A stretch of 64,000 nt of DNA, from positions 136,884 through 200,883 of the forward strand of contig JABHGM010000001.1 of NCBI GenBank assembly GCA_018672055.1, read 5' to 3'. The notes beneath the pieces were generated by a model. It had not been told where the DNA came from. It searched no databases and was given only the letters and a program-made list of their open reading frames with translations. Origin of the DNA: a bacterium (GTDB taxonomy: Bacteria > Patescibacteriota > Patescibacteriia > UBA1558 > UBA10009). The position numbers and the translations under genes were made by a program. Shown piece after piece: positions 28,706 through 40,671 of this stretch (its first letter is position 1; every line of letters begins with the position of its first letter).

Positions 28706-31700
28706 ATGCCTCAAGCACCCGAGAGAAAATATTTTACTGATACTAAGACCACTCAAGAGCTACCTGATTTAATCGAAATTCAAAAAAGTTCTTATGATTG
28801 GTTCCTGCAAAATGGATTAAAAGAGCTTTTAGAAGAAATTTCACCTATCCAAGATTTTATTGGTCGTGATTTAGAATTGCACTTTGTTGATCATTATTTA
28901 GATGAACCTAAATTTGATGAAGTTACTTCAAAAGCTAAAAATATTACTTACGATGCTCCGCTTCGTGTAAAAGTAAAACTTTCAAATAAAAAAACTGGTG
29001 AATCTAAGTCTCAAGAAATATACTTAGGTGATTTTCCATTAATGACTCAAAGAGGAACCTTTATCATTAATGGTGTTGAAAGAGTTGTAGTCTCCCAATT
29101 AATTAGATCTGCGGGAGTCTTTTTTAGTTCTGAGAACTATCGTGGTAAAAGACTTTACGGTGCTAAGATAATTCCTAATCGTGGAGCATGGCTTGAATTT
29201 GAAACTGATGCTAACCATATTATTTATGTAAAGATAGATCGTAAAAGAAAAGTTGCTGCTACTTCATTACTTCGTGCTTTTGGTTACTCCACTGACGAAG
29301 AAATACTTGAACTCTTTAAAGATGTAGACAACTTACCAGAATATAGTTTTATACAAAATACTTTAGCTAAAGATATTGCCCATAATATGGATGAAGGTCT
29401 TATTGAAATATATAAAAGAATTAGACCAGGTGACTTAGCTACTGCAGATAATGCAAAATCTTTAATCTATGCTATGTTTTTTAACTTTGATAGGTATGAC
29501 TTTGGTGTTGTTGGAAGATATAAGTTAAATAAAAAATTTGATCAAGATTTAGAAATAAATAAAGAAACTAGAGTTTTAACTAAAGAAGATATTGTTAAAG
29601 TTTTAAGAGAAGTTATACGTTTAAATATTACTCAAGAAGAAGCTGATGATATTGATCACTTAGGAAATCGTAGAATTAGAGCTATTGGTGAACTTGTTCA
29701 AAATAAATTTAGAGTAGGGCTTGCTAGACTCGAAAGAATAGTTAAAGACAGAATGAGTACCATGGATATTAATGCTTTAACTCCTAACATGTTAATTAAT
29801 GCTCGCCCTGTAATTGGTACTATTAAAGAATTCTTTATGAGTTCTCAATTATCTCAATTCATGGATCAGACTAACCCTCTAGCAGAATTAGAACATAAGC
29901 GTAGATTATCTGCTATGGGTCCTGGAGGATTATCAAGAGAACGTGCTGGTTTTGAAGTTCGTGATGTTCATAGAACTCATTACGGACGTATTTGCCCTAT
30001 TGCTACTCCTGAAGGACCAAATATTGGTTTAGTTGGACATCTTTCATGTTACGCTAAAGTTAATGAATATGGTTTTATTGAAACTCCTTTTAGAAAAGTC
30101 TTACATGATATACCTAACAATCCTAAAATAACTTTAGATAAAATTGCCAGAGAAGATATAATTGATCCTGAATCAAAGAAAACTATTGTTTCTAAAGACG
30201 ATGTAATTGACAAGAAAAAAGCTGAAACTCTTAAAAAATATTCTGATATTAAAACTATTCCTATTAAACCAGTTGCTACTAAAGAAATCGAATATTTAAA
30301 TGCTTTTACCGAAGAACAGGCCGTTACAACTGCAGCCACAACTCCTCTTGATGAAAATGGGCATTTTATAAAAGACTATGCTGAAATGAGAATTCACGGT
30401 ACTCCTTCTTATGATAGTGTAAATAAAATTGATTATATGGATGTAGCACCTAATCAGATTATTTCTGTAGCTACTTCCTTGATTCCTTTCTTGGAACATG
30501 ATGATGCTGTTCGTGCTTTAATGGGAACAAACATGCAACGTCAAGCCGTCTCTGTTATTAGACCTGATTCCCCTATTATCGGTACAGGTATTGAATACAG
30601 AGCTGCTAAAGATTCTGGACAAGTTATTGTAGCTAATGAAGACGGTGAAGTTACAAGTGTTCAAAGTAATAAGATAACTATTAAAACTAAAAATAAAGAA
30701 CGTGAATATAGTTTAGGTAAATTTGTTCGTTCTAATGCTTCAACTTGCATGAATCAACGTCCTTTAGTAAATAAAGGTGAAAAAGTTAACAAAGGTGATA
30801 TTATTGCTGATGGTGCTGCTACTGATAAAGGCGAACTTGCTCTTGGTCAAAACTTAACTGTTGCTTTCATGACTTGGGAAGGTGGTAATTATGAAGATGC
30901 TATTTTAATTTCTGAACGCGTAGTACAACAAGATCGTTTCTCTTCAATTCATATTGAAGATTATTCAATTGATATTCGTGATACTAAGCTTGGACCAGAA
31001 GTAGTAACTCGTGATATTCCAAATGTTGGTGAAGAAAAATTAAAAGATTTAGATGAAGAAGGTATTATACGTATTGGTGCTCATGTAACTTCCGGTGATA
31101 TTTTAGTTGGTAAGATTACACCTAAAGGTGAAACTGAACTTAGTGCTGAAGAAAAATTACTTAGAGCAATCTTCGGAGAAAAAGCCAAAGATGTTAGAGA
31201 TAGCTCATTGTACTTAGAACATGGTGAACGTGGTAAAGTTATTGATGTTAAAATATTTTCTCGTAAAAATGGTGATAAATTACAATCAGGTGTTATTAAA
31301 TCAATCCAAGTTACTGTAGCTCAACTAAGAAAAATTCAACCTGGTGATAAATTAGCTGGTCGTCATGGTAATAAAGGTGTTATTTCAAGAATAGTACCAG
31401 TAGAAAATTTACCGTTTTTAGCAGACGGTACTCCTGTAGACATTATTCTAAATCCTCTTGGGGTTATTTCTCGTATGAACTTAGGTCAACTTTTAGAAAC
31501 TCATTTAGGTATTGCTGCTCGTACTCTAGGTTACAAAGTAGCTACTCCAGCTCTTAACGGCGTACCTGGTAAATTTATTAAAGAAGAATTAGAAAAAGCA
31601 GGACATACTCCAGATGGTAAAGCTCAATTATATGATGGTAGAACTGGTGAGCCTTTTAATAAAAAGACAACTGTTGGTGTTATTTATATGCTTAAATTAA

Positions 31701-32116
31701 ATCACTTAGTAGAAGATAAGATACATCAACGTTCAATTGGTCCTTATTCACTTGTAACTCAACAACCTCTTGGTGGTAAAGCTCAAGGTGGTGGACAAAG
31801 ATTTGGAGAAATGGAAGTATGGGCTTTAGAAGCCTATGGTGCTGCTAATACCCTGCAAGAAATATTAACAATTAAATCTGATGATGTAGCTGGTCGTTCT
31901 AAAGCTTATGAATCAATTATTAAAGATGAGCCAATTAGTAAATTAGCTATACCTGAATCATTTAATATTTTAGTTCGTGAACTTAAAGGTCTTGGTTTAG
32001 ATGTAGAACTTATGAAAGGTAAAAGAGAAAGAGTAATTAAAGAAGTAAAAGAAGAAAAACCTAAGGTCGAACCTAAAAAGGAAACTAAGAAAGAAACTAA
32101 GAAAAAAGATAAATAA
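28706..32116 (+). CDS. rpoB: DNA-directed RNA polymerase subunit beta
   Basis: 1136 aa. Contains [45 protein letters not shown] and [18 protein letters not shown]. Confidence 0.95.
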   Translation: MPQAPERKYFTDTKTTQELPDLIEIQKSSYDWFLQNGLKELLEEISPIQDFIGRDLELHFVDHYLDEPKFDEVTSKAKNITYDAPLRVKVKLSNKKTGESKSQEIYLGDFPLMTQRGTFIINGVERVVVSQLIRSAGVFFSSENYRGKRLYGAKIIPNRGAWLEFETDANHIIYVKIDRKRKVAATSLLRAFGYSTDEEILELFKDVDNLPEYSFIQNTLAKDIAHNMDEGLIEIYKRIRPGDLATADNAKSLIYAMFFNFDRYDFGVVGRYKLNKKFDQDLEINKETRVLTKEDIVKVLREVIRLNITQEEADDIDHLGNRRIRAIGELVQNKFRVGLARLERIVKDRMSTMDINALTPNMLINARPVIGTIKEFFMSSQLSQFMDQTNPLAELEHKRRLSAMGPGGLSRERAGFEVRDVHRTHYGRICPIATPEGPNIGLVGHLSCYAKVNEYGFIETPFRKVLHDIPNNPKITLDKIAREDIIDPESKKTIVSKDDVIDKKKAETLKKYSDIKTIPIKPVATKEIEYLNAFTEEQAVTTAATTPLDENGHFIKDYAEMRIHGTPSYDSVNKIDYMDVAPNQIISVATSLIPFLEHDDAVRALMGTNMQRQAVSVIRPDSPIIGTGIEYRAAKDSGQVIVANEDGEVTSVQSNKITIKTKNKEREYSLGKFVRSNASTCMNQRPLVNKGEKVNKGDIIADGAATDKGELALGQNLTVAFMTWEGGNYEDAILISERVVQQDRFSSIHIEDYSIDIRDTKLGPEVVTRDIPNVGEEKLKDLDEEGIIRIGAHVTSGDILVGKITPKGETELSAEEKLLRAIFGEKAKDVRDSSLYLEHGERGKVIDVKIFSRKNGDKLQSGVIKSIQVTVAQLRKIQPGDKLAGRHGNKGVISRIVPVENLPFLADGTPVDIILNPLGVISRMNLGQLLETHLGIAARTLGYKVATPALNGVPGKFIKEELEKAGHTPDGKAQLYDGRTGEPFNKKTTVGVIYMLKLNHLVEDKIHQRSIGPYSLVTQQPLGGKAQGGGQRFGEMEVWALEAYGAANTLQEILTIKSDDVAGRSKAYESIIKDEPISKLAIPESFNILVRELKGLGLDVELMKGKRERVIKEVKEEKPKVEPKKETKKETKKKDK

Positions 32117-32121
32117 AATAT

Positions 32122-35100
32122 ATGCCTACACCTTCTTCAACAAGAACAACTTTAATGCCAGATGACAATATCCCGGTAGTGGAATTTGAAGCTATTCGTT
32201 TAAAATTAGCTTCCCCAGAAATAATGCATAGATGGTCACATGGTGAAGTATTAAAACCTGAAACTATTAATTATAGAACTCAGAAACCTGAGAAGGATGG
32301 TTTATTTTGTGAAAAAATATTTGGACCTACTAAAGATTGGGAATGCTATTGTGGTAAATATAAAAAGATCCGTTACAAAGGTATTGTTTGTGATAAATGT
32401 GGCGTAGAAGTAACTAGATCAGTTGTAAGACGTGAAAGAATGGGACACATTGATTTAGCTGTACCTGCTGCCCATATTTGGTTCTTAAGAGGTATTCCTT
32501 CAAAGATAGGTCTTGTTTTAAATCTATCAATTCAAGAACTAGAAAAAATTATATACTTTGCTTCTTTTATAATAACTTCTGTTAAAGAAGAATTAAAAGA
32601 ACAAACTCTTGAACAAATTAAAAATGAGTTAAAGAGTAAACGTAAAGTAATAGAAAAAGAATTTGAAAATAAATTAAATCAGATTAATCAAAAGAAATCC
32701 GAACTACTTGGTAAAGCAAAGGATGATGCTAAAAAAGGCGCCATACAATCTGATATTGCTAAAGAAATTAAACTTTTAGAAACATTAAAAGATAATAAGG
32801 CTAGTACTCTAGAAGAAGCAGCAGATACTGCTAAAAAAGAATTGCGTGATATTAAAAAATTAAAAATTATTTCAGAAACTAAATATCGTGACTTATCACT
32901 TAAATATGGTCATGTTTTTGAAGCTGGCATTGGTGCTAAAACTATACGTGACTTATTAGCTGAAATTGATTTAAAGAAATTATCTAAAGAATTAGCAGAA
33001 GAGATCTCTCATGCTATTCCTTCAAAAAAGAAAAAATTAGTAAAACGTTCAAGGTTAGTAAATAGTTTAATACTAAACAATATTAATCCTGAATGGATGA
33101 TTTTAACAACTATTCCAGTAATTCCACCAGATTTAAGACCTATGGTACAACTTGATGGTGGTCGTTTTGCTACTTCAGATTTAAATGATCTATATAGAAG
33201 AGTTATTAATAGAAATAACAGATTAAAGAGATTACTCGACCTTAAAGCTCCTGAAGTTATTCAAAGAAATGAAAAAAGAATGCTTCAAGAAGCTATTGAT
33301 GCTTTAATTGATAATAATGCTCGTCATTCAAAGACAGTAACTGCTTCAACTGGTCAAAAAAGACAATTAAAGAGTATTGCTGATATTTTAAAAGGTAAGC
33401 AAGGTCGTTTTAGACAAAACTTACTTGGTAAACGTATTGATTATTCAGGACGTTCTGTAATTGTTATTGGACCTAAATTAAAAATGAATGAATGTGGTTT
33501 ACCTAAAACTATGGCTCTTGAACTATTTAGACCATTTGTAATATCACAGCTTATTAAAAGAGAATTAGTACATAATGTAAGAAGTGCTAATAAATATATT
33601 GAACAAGATCACGCAGAAGTATGGGATATTTTAGAAGGCATTACTAACAAAGCTCATGTTCTCTTAAATAGAGCGCCTACTCTACACAGACTTGGTATTC
33701 AAGCTTTTAAACCTGTTTTAATTGAAGGTAAAGCTATTCAAGTTCATCCTCTAGTATGTCGCCCATTTAATGCTGACTTTGACGGTGATCAAATGGCTGT
33801 TCATGTACCACTTACAGCAAAGGCTAGACATGAAGCAGCTACAATTATGCTTTCAACTAAAAACTTACTTAAACCAGCAACTGGTGAACCTATTAATTCA
33901 CCTGATCAAGATATTGTCTGGGGTTGTTATTATTTAACCTTTATTAATCCACAGCAAAAAGAATCTGTTAAATTCTTTAGCTCTAAAGAAGAGGCTAAAC
34001 TTGCTTATGATTTAAAGGCTATTCGTTTACATGATAGAATTACTATTAAATTTAAAAATGAAAGAATTGAAACTACTGTTGGACGTGTCATATTTAACTC
34101 AATAATTCCTGAAAAATTACAATTTGTTAATAATGAAATGAATTCTGGTAAACTAAAGAATTTAGTAGCTCAAGTCCTTGAAGCTTATGGTAGAGAAGAA
34201 ACTGCTGAATTTTTAGACAATATTAAAAAACAAGGTTTTGAAACAATTACTGCCTCAGGATTGTCATGGGGAATGGATGATGTGCCTATTCTTAAAGAAA
34301 AGAAAGATATTATTAAGTCTGGTGAAATAAAAGTAAAAGAAATTCAAGAACAATTTGAAAAGGGTTTACTAACCAATAAGGAAAGATATGTTAAGGTAGT
34401 TGAAACCTGGAAAGAAATAAAAGATGAGATTACTGAAATTAGTCAAAACCTATTTAGCGTACATAGTTCACTTTACTCCATTATTAACTCTGGTGCTCGT
34501 GGTTCATGGGCTCAGATGATTCAAATCATGGGTATGAAAGGTTTAGTAATTAACCCGGCTGGTGAAGTTATTGAATTACCTATTAAAGCTAACTTCCAAG
34601 AAGGTCTTGATGTGCTTGAATACTTTATCTCTACTCATGGTACTCGTAAAGGATTATCTGATACTGCTCTTCGTACTGCTAATGCTGGTTATTTAACACG
34701 TAGACTTGTTGATGTTTCACAAGATATTATTACTAATATAGCTGATTGTGGCGATAAAGAAGGCTTAACTTTAAACCAAGCTGATGCTGAAATGATGGGT
34801 GAACCTTTAGTTAATTTAATCATGGGTCGTACAGCAATGACCAAGATTGTTCATCCTAAGACAAAAACTGTTTTAGTTAAAAAGAATGAAATAATTAACA
34901 AGGATCATATAAAGAAATTAAAAAAACTAACTCTTGAATCAGTTCATATACGTTCACTATTCTCATGTAAATCAGTACGTGGTATTTGTCAAAAATGTTA
35001 TGGTACTGACTTGGCTTTTAATGCTCCGGTAAAACAAGGTGTAGCTGTTGGTACTATTGCTGCTCAAAGTATTGGTGAGCCTGGTACACAGCTTACTATG

Positions 35101-36027
35101 AGAACTTTCCATACAGGTGGTGTAGCTGGTACTGATATTACTCAAGGTTTACCTAGAGTTGAAGAATTATTTGAGGCTAGACCTCCAAAGAATAAATCAA
35201 TTATCTCTGATGTTGCTGGACAAGTTATAATTGATAAAGAAATGGCTAGTGGTGTTAGAAATCAAAGAATTGTTAAAGTTAAATACAGAGGATATATTAA
35301 AGAAGATTACTTAGTTCATGAAGATTATGATATTTTAGTTAAAGATGGTGACAAGGTTAAAGCTAAGCAACAAATAATGAAACATAAGCAAACTGAGAAA
35401 CCTGTAGTTACTAAACATGATGGAACTATTAAAATTGATTCTAAAAAAGTTAAAATTATTTCTGATGAAGAAACAATAAAAGAATTTACTATACCTCCAG
35501 GTTTAAGTTTATGGGTTAAAGATGGTGACTTAGTTAATCCAGGAGATCCTTTAACTGAAGGTAGCATTGATCTAAGAGAATTATATGAACATCGTGGTGA
35601 ACTAGCTACTCAAAAATACATCATTAAAGAAATTCTTAAGATTTATTCAATGCAAGGTCAGAAACTAAATATGAAACATATTGAAATTATTGTCAGACAA
35701 ATGTTCTCAAGAGTTCTGATTCAAGATTCAGGTGATACTAAATTATTATCTGGTGAAATTATTACTAGACCTATCTTTAATGAAGAAAATAACAAAGCTA
35801 AGAAAGAAGGCAAAAAAGAAGCTGAAGGTGAAATTCTACTCTTAGGTATTACTAAAGCTTCATTATCTACTGATTCCTTCTTATCAGCTGCCTCATTCCA
35901 AGAAACAGCTCGTGTCTTAATAGATGCTGCTATTACTGGTAAAGTAGATCATTTAAGAGGTTTGAAAGAAAATGTTATTATTGGACGCTTAATACCTGCT
36001 GGAACTGGCTTTGAAAAGAAAAAATAA
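32122..36027 (+). CDS. rpoC: DNA-directed RNA polymerase subunit beta'
   Basis: 1301 aa. Zn-finger CYCGKYKKIRYKGIVCDKCGVEV, the catalytic NADFDGDQMAVHVPL motif, and trigger-loop and bridge-helix regions. Confidence 0.95.
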   Translation: MPTPSSTRTTLMPDDNIPVVEFEAIRLKLASPEIMHRWSHGEVLKPETINYRTQKPEKDGLFCEKIFGPTKDWECYCGKYKKIRYKGIVCDKCGVEVTRSVVRRERMGHIDLAVPAAHIWFLRGIPSKIGLVLNLSIQELEKIIYFASFIITSVKEELKEQTLEQIKNELKSKRKVIEKEFENKLNQINQKKSELLGKAKDDAKKGAIQSDIAKEIKLLETLKDNKASTLEEAADTAKKELRDIKKLKIISETKYRDLSLKYGHVFEAGIGAKTIRDLLAEIDLKKLSKELAEEISHAIPSKKKKLVKRSRLVNSLILNNINPEWMILTTIPVIPPDLRPMVQLDGGRFATSDLNDLYRRVINRNNRLKRLLDLKAPEVIQRNEKRMLQEAIDALIDNNARHSKTVTASTGQKRQLKSIADILKGKQGRFRQNLLGKRIDYSGRSVIVIGPKLKMNECGLPKTMALELFRPFVISQLIKRELVHNVRSANKYIEQDHAEVWDILEGITNKAHVLLNRAPTLHRLGIQAFKPVLIEGKAIQVHPLVCRPFNADFDGDQMAVHVPLTAKARHEAATIMLSTKNLLKPATGEPINSPDQDIVWGCYYLTFINPQQKESVKFFSSKEEAKLAYDLKAIRLHDRITIKFKNERIETTVGRVIFNSIIPEKLQFVNNEMNSGKLKNLVAQVLEAYGREETAEFLDNIKKQGFETITASGLSWGMDDVPILKEKKDIIKSGEIKVKEIQEQFEKGLLTNKERYVKVVETWKEIKDEITEISQNLFSVHSSLYSIINSGARGSWAQMIQIMGMKGLVINPAGEVIELPIKANFQEGLDVLEYFISTHGTRKGLSDTALRTANAGYLTRRLVDVSQDIITNIADCGDKEGLTLNQADAEMMGEPLVNLIMGRTAMTKIVHPKTKTVLVKKNEIINKDHIKKLKKLTLESVHIRSLFSCKSVRGICQKCYGTDLAFNAPVKQGVAVGTIAAQSIGEPGTQLTMRTFHTGGVAGTDITQGLPRVEELFEARPPKNKSIISDVAGQVIIDKEMASGVRNQRIVKVKYRGYIKEDYLVHEDYDILVKDGDKVKAKQQIMKHKQTEKPVVTKHDGTIKIDSKKVKIISDEETIKEFTIPPGLSLWVKDGDLVNPGDPLTEGSIDLRELYEHRGELATQKYIIKEILKIYSMQGQKLNMKHIEIIVRQMFSRVLIQDSGDTKLLSGEIITRPIFNEENNKAKKEGKKEAEGEILLLGITKASLSTDSFLSAASFQETARVLIDAAITGKVDHLRGLKENVIIGRLIPAGTGFEKKK

Positions 36028-36047
36028 TATATTAATTTATATACTAA

Positions 36048-36075
36048 AACAGGGTTAAAATAGCCCTGTTTTTTG
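36048..36075 (+). terminator. rho-independent terminator after rpoC
   Basis: AACAGGG-ttaaaatag-CCCTGTT followed by TTTT. Confidence 0.55.
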
Positions 36076-36126
36076 ATATAGCCATAATTAAAAAAAAATG
36101 TTAAAATACTACTACTAAAATACAAA

Positions 36127-38397
36127 ATGGCAAGAAAAAAAAGAAGAAAATCAAAGAAAAAAAAGAAACAGTTACTTGAAGAAGAATACGAATCTGAGGG
36201 TACCCTAAATGGAGAGACAAAAAGGGGTATTTTTATTGTATTAATTCTAGTTATAGCTCTTTTAGTAATTCTCTCTTTATTCAATTTATCTGGTGAATTA
36301 GGCTTATATTTGAAAAATTTCTTAGGTATTATATTTGGCTGGGGCTTTTACTTTTTCCCAGTTATTTTATTACTTTTAGCATTTACTCTGCTTAATCCAG
36401 AAAGATACGAAGTAAGACCTAGTAACTATTTTGGTCTTTTTTTACTACTAGCTAGTCTCTTGGGTTTATTACAGATAATAAAGAGTGATCCTACAACATA
36501 TATATCTGGTTCTGGTGGTGGTTATCTAGGTTATGCTCTGGCATTTCCTTTAATCGGCTTGACTGGTATTTGGGCAACTTTAATAATATTGGTAGCTATT
36601 TTTTTAATATCCCTGTTAGTAACCTTTAACACATCTTTAAATACAATTTTAGGTAATTTTAATATTCTAAATTGGTTCAGAGGCAAAGTAAATCAAGCTG
36701 AAGAATATTACGAAGATGATGACGAAGAAGAGGAAGAAGAAATAGAAGAAGATGATGACGAAGAAGAACCCACTTTTAAAACTAAAAAAATGCCATTCTC
36801 TAAACAAAAAAGTAATGGCAAGATAAAAGAAATTCCCGAAGGTTTAAATGTTACTTTCTCGCATGGTAAAAGTCATAAAGTAGAAGTTCCTTTAAATCTA
36901 TTAGATAACAGAACATCAAAACCAACTAGTGTTGATATTAAAGCTAATTCTGAAAAAATTAAAGATACTTTAGATAATTTTGGTATTGAAGTTACTATGG
37001 GCGAAGTAAATACTGGTCCAACGGTTACTCAATTTACTTTAAAACCTTCAGAAGGAATTAGATTAAATCAAATTACTGGTTTACAAAATGACTTAGCTCT
37101 AGCTTTAGCTGCACATCCTATCCGTATTGAAGCTCCTATCCCGGGCAAATCATTAGTTGGTATAGAAATTCCAAATCAAAGTATTGCTTTAGTTAAATTA
37201 AGAGAAATTTTAACTAGCAATGAATTTAAAAAGAAAAAAGGTGCTTTACTATTTTCACTCGGTAAAGATGTGGCCGGACGTCCTTGGATCGGTGATCTAG
37301 ATAAAATGCCTCACTTACTTATTGCTGGAGCTACTGGTTCTGGTAAATCAGTTTGTATAAATAATATTATTGTTAGTCTACTCTATCAATACACCCCTGA
37401 AAATCTAAGATTAATAATGGTTGATCCTAAGCGTGTTGAACTTTCTACTTTTAATGGTATTCCTCATTTACTTACTCCTGTTATTACTGAGCCTGATAAA
37501 ACCATCAATGCTTTAAGATGGGCTATCAATGAAATGGATGAAAGATATAAATTATTCTCAGCTGTTGGTAAACGTAATATTGGTGCCTATAATTCATCTG
37601 TAATTACCAATAAATTACCATATATAGTTATTATAATAGATGAACTTGCTGACCTTATGGCTGTTGCTCCTCGTGATGTTGAAGCTGCCATTGTTAGACT
37701 AGCTCAAATGGCTAGAGCTACTGGTATTCACTTAATAGTTGCTACTCAAAGACCTTCTGTTAATGTTATTACAGGTTTAATTAAAGCTAATGTTACTTCA
37801 CGCATTGCTTTTGCTGTAGCCTCATCTGTTGATTCTAGAACAATTATTGATACTTCTGGTGCTGAAAAATTATTAGGTAAAGGTGATATGTTGTTTATCT
37901 CTGCTGAGCTATCTAAACCAAAACGTTTGCAATGTGCTTTCATTAGTGACGCTGAAATAGAAGGTGTAGTTGATTTCTGGTCAAAACAAGGCGAAGCAGA
38001 ATTCAAAGATAATATAACTGAAAAACAAACTAAAGTTAGTATGCCAGGTAGCGGAGGCTCAAGTGATGAGGATGAATTATTAGAAGAAGCTAAAGATGTA
38101 ATTATAAAAGCTGGTAAAGCATCTGCTTCACTTTTACAAAGAAGATTAAGAGTTGGTTACGCTAGAGCAGCACGTATGTTAGATCTTTTAGAAGAGCAAG
38201 GTATTGTTGGACCATCTGAAGGAGCTAAGCCTCGTGAAATATTAATAGATGATGATTATTTAGCAATACCAGTTGAAACAACTGAAAGCTATGTTAGTCC
38301 TGAACCTGAGTATATAGAATCAGAAGATACAGAAGAAGTAGAAGATGATGATACTGAAAACTTTGAAGAGGAGGATGAAGAAGAAAAGATAAATTGA
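36127..38397 (+). CDS. ftsK: DNA translocase FtsK/SpoIIIE
   Basis: N-terminal TM segments and an acidic linker, GATGSGKSVCINNII Walker A, IIIDELADLM Walker B, and a C-terminal gamma winged helix LLQRRLRVGYARAARMLDLLEEQGIV. Confidence 0.85.
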   Translation: MARKKRRKSKKKKKQLLEEEYESEGTLNGETKRGIFIVLILVIALLVILSLFNLSGELGLYLKNFLGIIFGWGFYFFPVILLLLAFTLLNPERYEVRPSNYFGLFLLLASLLGLLQIIKSDPTTYISGSGGGYLGYALAFPLIGLTGIWATLIILVAIFLISLLVTFNTSLNTILGNFNILNWFRGKVNQAEEYYEDDDEEEEEEIEEDDDEEEPTFKTKKMPFSKQKSNGKIKEIPEGLNVTFSHGKSHKVEVPLNLLDNRTSKPTSVDIKANSEKIKDTLDNFGIEVTMGEVNTGPTVTQFTLKPSEGIRLNQITGLQNDLALALAAHPIRIEAPIPGKSLVGIEIPNQSIALVKLREILTSNEFKKKKGALLFSLGKDVAGRPWIGDLDKMPHLLIAGATGSGKSVCINNIIVSLLYQYTPENLRLIMVDPKRVELSTFNGIPHLLTPVITEPDKTINALRWAINEMDERYKLFSAVGKRNIGAYNSSVITNKLPYIVIIIDELADLMAVAPRDVEAAIVRLAQMARATGIHLIVATQRPSVNVITGLIKANVTSRIAFAVASSVDSRTIIDTSGAEKLLGKGDMLFISAELSKPKRLQCAFISDAEIEGVVDFWSKQGEAEFKDNITEKQTKVSMPGSGGSSDEDELLEEAKDVIIKAGKASASLLQRRLRVGYARAARMLDLLEEQGIVGPSEGAKPREILIDDDYLAIPVETTESYVSPEPEYIESEDTEEVEDDDTENFEEEDEEEKIN

Positions 38398-38414
38398 GTT
38401 AAAACAAAAATTTA

Positions 38415-39101
38415 ATGACTAGTTTTATACAAAAAAAACTACCTACCAACAAAACCCTGCCTGAAATTTTAAAAGATCAACGGAGCAGGGCTGATTTATC
38501 ATTAGACGAAATTTCATTTAAAACTAACATAAGTATTAAATACATTGATGCTTTAGAAAAAGGTAAATATGATAAATTGCCAGGTGAAATATATAATAGA
38601 CAATTTATAAAAAAATTAGCTAACATATATTCATTATCCGAAAAATCTTTACTTAAAATATATCAAGATGAAAAAGAATCTCAACTTACTTTTAAAGAAT
38701 TAGCTAGAGAGACTCCTAAAAAAGAAAATATTTTAAATAATATTTCTCCTAAGATAATAAAAAGAAGTTTAGTAATATTACTAATTTTAGCTTGTTTTAC
38801 ATATTTAGGTTGGGAAGTATTTAATATATTTTCTCCACCAAATTTAGAAATAGCTTCACCCTTACCACAAACTATTACTACGGACCCTTATGTAGAAATA
38901 ATAGGCATAACTGAACCAGAGGCTATTTTGACAATTAATAATCAAAAAGTAATTATTGAACCTGATGGAAAATTCGATCAAACAGTAGATTTAACATTTG
39001 GCTTGAATAATTTCGTAATTTCTGCTAAAAAGAAACATAGTAAAGCTATAGATATCACCTTATCTATTCTAAGACAAGGCGAAGCTACAGCCTTTAAATA
39101 A
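38415..39101 (+). CDS. RodZ-like cytoskeleton/morphogenesis protein (HTH, TM, extracytoplasmic domain)
   Basis: XRE-type HTH LSLDEISFKTNISIKYIDALEKGKYDKLPGEIYNRQFIKKLA, a single TM at about residue 115-135, and a C-terminal beta-rich domain. Confidence 0.5.
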   Translation: MTSFIQKKLPTNKTLPEILKDQRSRADLSLDEISFKTNISIKYIDALEKGKYDKLPGEIYNRQFIKKLANIYSLSEKSLLKIYQDEKESQLTFKELARETPKKENILNNISPKIIKRSLVILLILACFTYLGWEVFNIFSPPNLEIASPLPQTITTDPYVEIIGITEPEAILTINNQKVIIEPDGKFDQTVDLTFGLNNFVISAKKKHSKAIDITLSILRQGEATAFK

Positions 39102-39131
39102 TAGGGTCATTTAAACATTAATCATAATTAT

Positions 39132-40145
39132 ATGGTAAAAGAAGAAAAGAAAAAGGAAAAACAAAAAAACAAAGCAGCAGATGATGCTATTGCTCAAATT
39201 CAAACAAAATTTGGTGAAGGCTCTATTATGAAGCTAGGTGATGCTAAACAGTTAAAAGTAGACTCTATCCCAACGGGATGCTTATCGCTAGACATAGCTC
39301 TAGGTATTGGTGGTGTACCAAAAGGTAGAATCATTGAAATATACGGACCTGAAGCATCAGGTAAAACTACCCTATCCCAACACATTACTGCTGAGTGTCA
39401 AAAATTAGGTGGTACTGCAGCTTTTATTGATGCTGAACATGCTCTAGATCCATCTTATGCAAAAAAGATAGGAATCAATGTAGATGATCTGCTAATTTCA
39501 CAACCTGATACAGGTGAACAAGCTTTAGAAATTGCAGAAGCATTAGTTAGATCTAACGCAGTTGATGTAATTATTATTGATTCAGTAGCAGCTCTTGTAC
39601 CTAAATCAGAAATTGAAGGTGAAATGGGCGATAGACAAATGGGTACCCAAGCTAGACTAATGAGTCAAGCCTTAAGAAAGCTATCTGGTATTGTTAGTAA
39701 AACAAATACCACTGTAATATTTATTAATCAGATCAGAATGAAGATAGGCGTCTTCTTCGGTAACCCAGAAACAACTACTGGTGGTATGGCTCTTAAATTC
39801 TATTCTTCAGTTAGAATTGAAGTAAGAAGAGCAGCACAAATTAAAAAAGGTGATCAAGTTATTGGTAACCGTGTAAGATGTAAAGTAGTTAAGAATAAAG
39901 TAGCTGCTCCATTTAAAAATACTGAATTTGATATTATGTATAATGAAGGTATTTCAATTGGCGGTGATGTCTTAGACACTGGAGTTAACCTAGGTATAGT
40001 TGATAAATCTGGTAACACTTATTCCTTCCAGGGTGAAAAACTAGGCGTAGGCAGAGAAAATTCAAAAGATTTCTTAAAACAAAATCCAAAGCTTATACAA
40101 AAAATTAAGAAAGACGTTTGGAAAGCAGTTAAAGAAGAAGATTAA
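39132..40145 (+). CDS. recA: recombinase A
   Basis: [27 protein letters not shown], and the L1/L2 loops. Confidence 0.95.
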   Translation: MVKEEKKKEKQKNKAADDAIAQIQTKFGEGSIMKLGDAKQLKVDSIPTGCLSLDIALGIGGVPKGRIIEIYGPEASGKTTLSQHITAECQKLGGTAAFIDAEHALDPSYAKKIGINVDDLLISQPDTGEQALEIAEALVRSNAVDVIIIDSVAALVPKSEIEGEMGDRQMGTQARLMSQALRKLSGIVSKTNTTVIFINQIRMKIGVFFGNPETTTGGMALKFYSSVRIEVRRAAQIKKGDQVIGNRVRCKVVKNKVAAPFKNTEFDIMYNEGISIGGDVLDTGVNLGIVDKSGNTYSFQGEKLGVGRENSKDFLKQNPKLIQKIKKDVWKAVKEED

Positions 40146-40149
40146 ATAG

Positions 40150-40616
40150 TTAAATAAACTACCACCAGCTAAAATAGCTGGTGGTATTCACTTGCCTGCT
40201 AAACGCAGGCTACAATCTACCTTCTGAAAGTAAAGGGTAGTTTGGGCAATTCTACTTGATGGTGTTGTTGATTCATAACATATTGTCTAACTATCTCTTC
40301 ATCAACGCCAACTGTAGTAACAAAATAGCCTCTGGCCCAAAATGAACCTTTGGGTATTTTTTTAGTCTTTTTTTTGATCCAAGCTGATGATTTGCTTTTG
40401 ATTAAGCAAACAACGTATGATATTGAATATTTAGGTATCCAGACCAAATGATACGAACATCGGTAAGTGCAATGTGATAGCTGATATAATCTATGATTAT
40501 TAATAAAAATCACCTCCTTTCTTTTTTGAGGTGATTTAATTATATCATTTTGATTATTTTACCAAGAGCTTCGCTCTAAACGCACCCACCAGCCTTTGGC
40601 TGGTGGTTTTTGGGTG
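40150..40616. mobile_element. degenerate IS200/IS605-family element with flanking sub-terminal palindromes
   Basis: Hairpins ACCACCAGCT/AGCTGGTGGT (40161-40185) and CCACCAGCC/GGCTGGTGG (40586-40606) share the same stem core on both sides of a truncated tnpA. A further hairpin AATCACCTC/GAGGTGATT (40508-40536) sequesters the tnpA RBS. Confidence 0.5.
40217..40513 (-). pseudogene. tnpA: IS200-type Y1 (HUH) transposase, internally deleted
   Basis: YHLVWIPKY and the C-terminal FWARGYFVTTVGVDEEIVRQYVMNQ match IS200 TnpA. The ~50-aa block containing the HUH histidines between the two PKYS motifs is missing, and the start codon is GTG. Confidence 0.55.
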
Positions 40617-40671
40617 TATAAAAGAGCCCGGTGTAAATAACCGGGCTTTTTGAAATTAAGAAAATTTCTTT

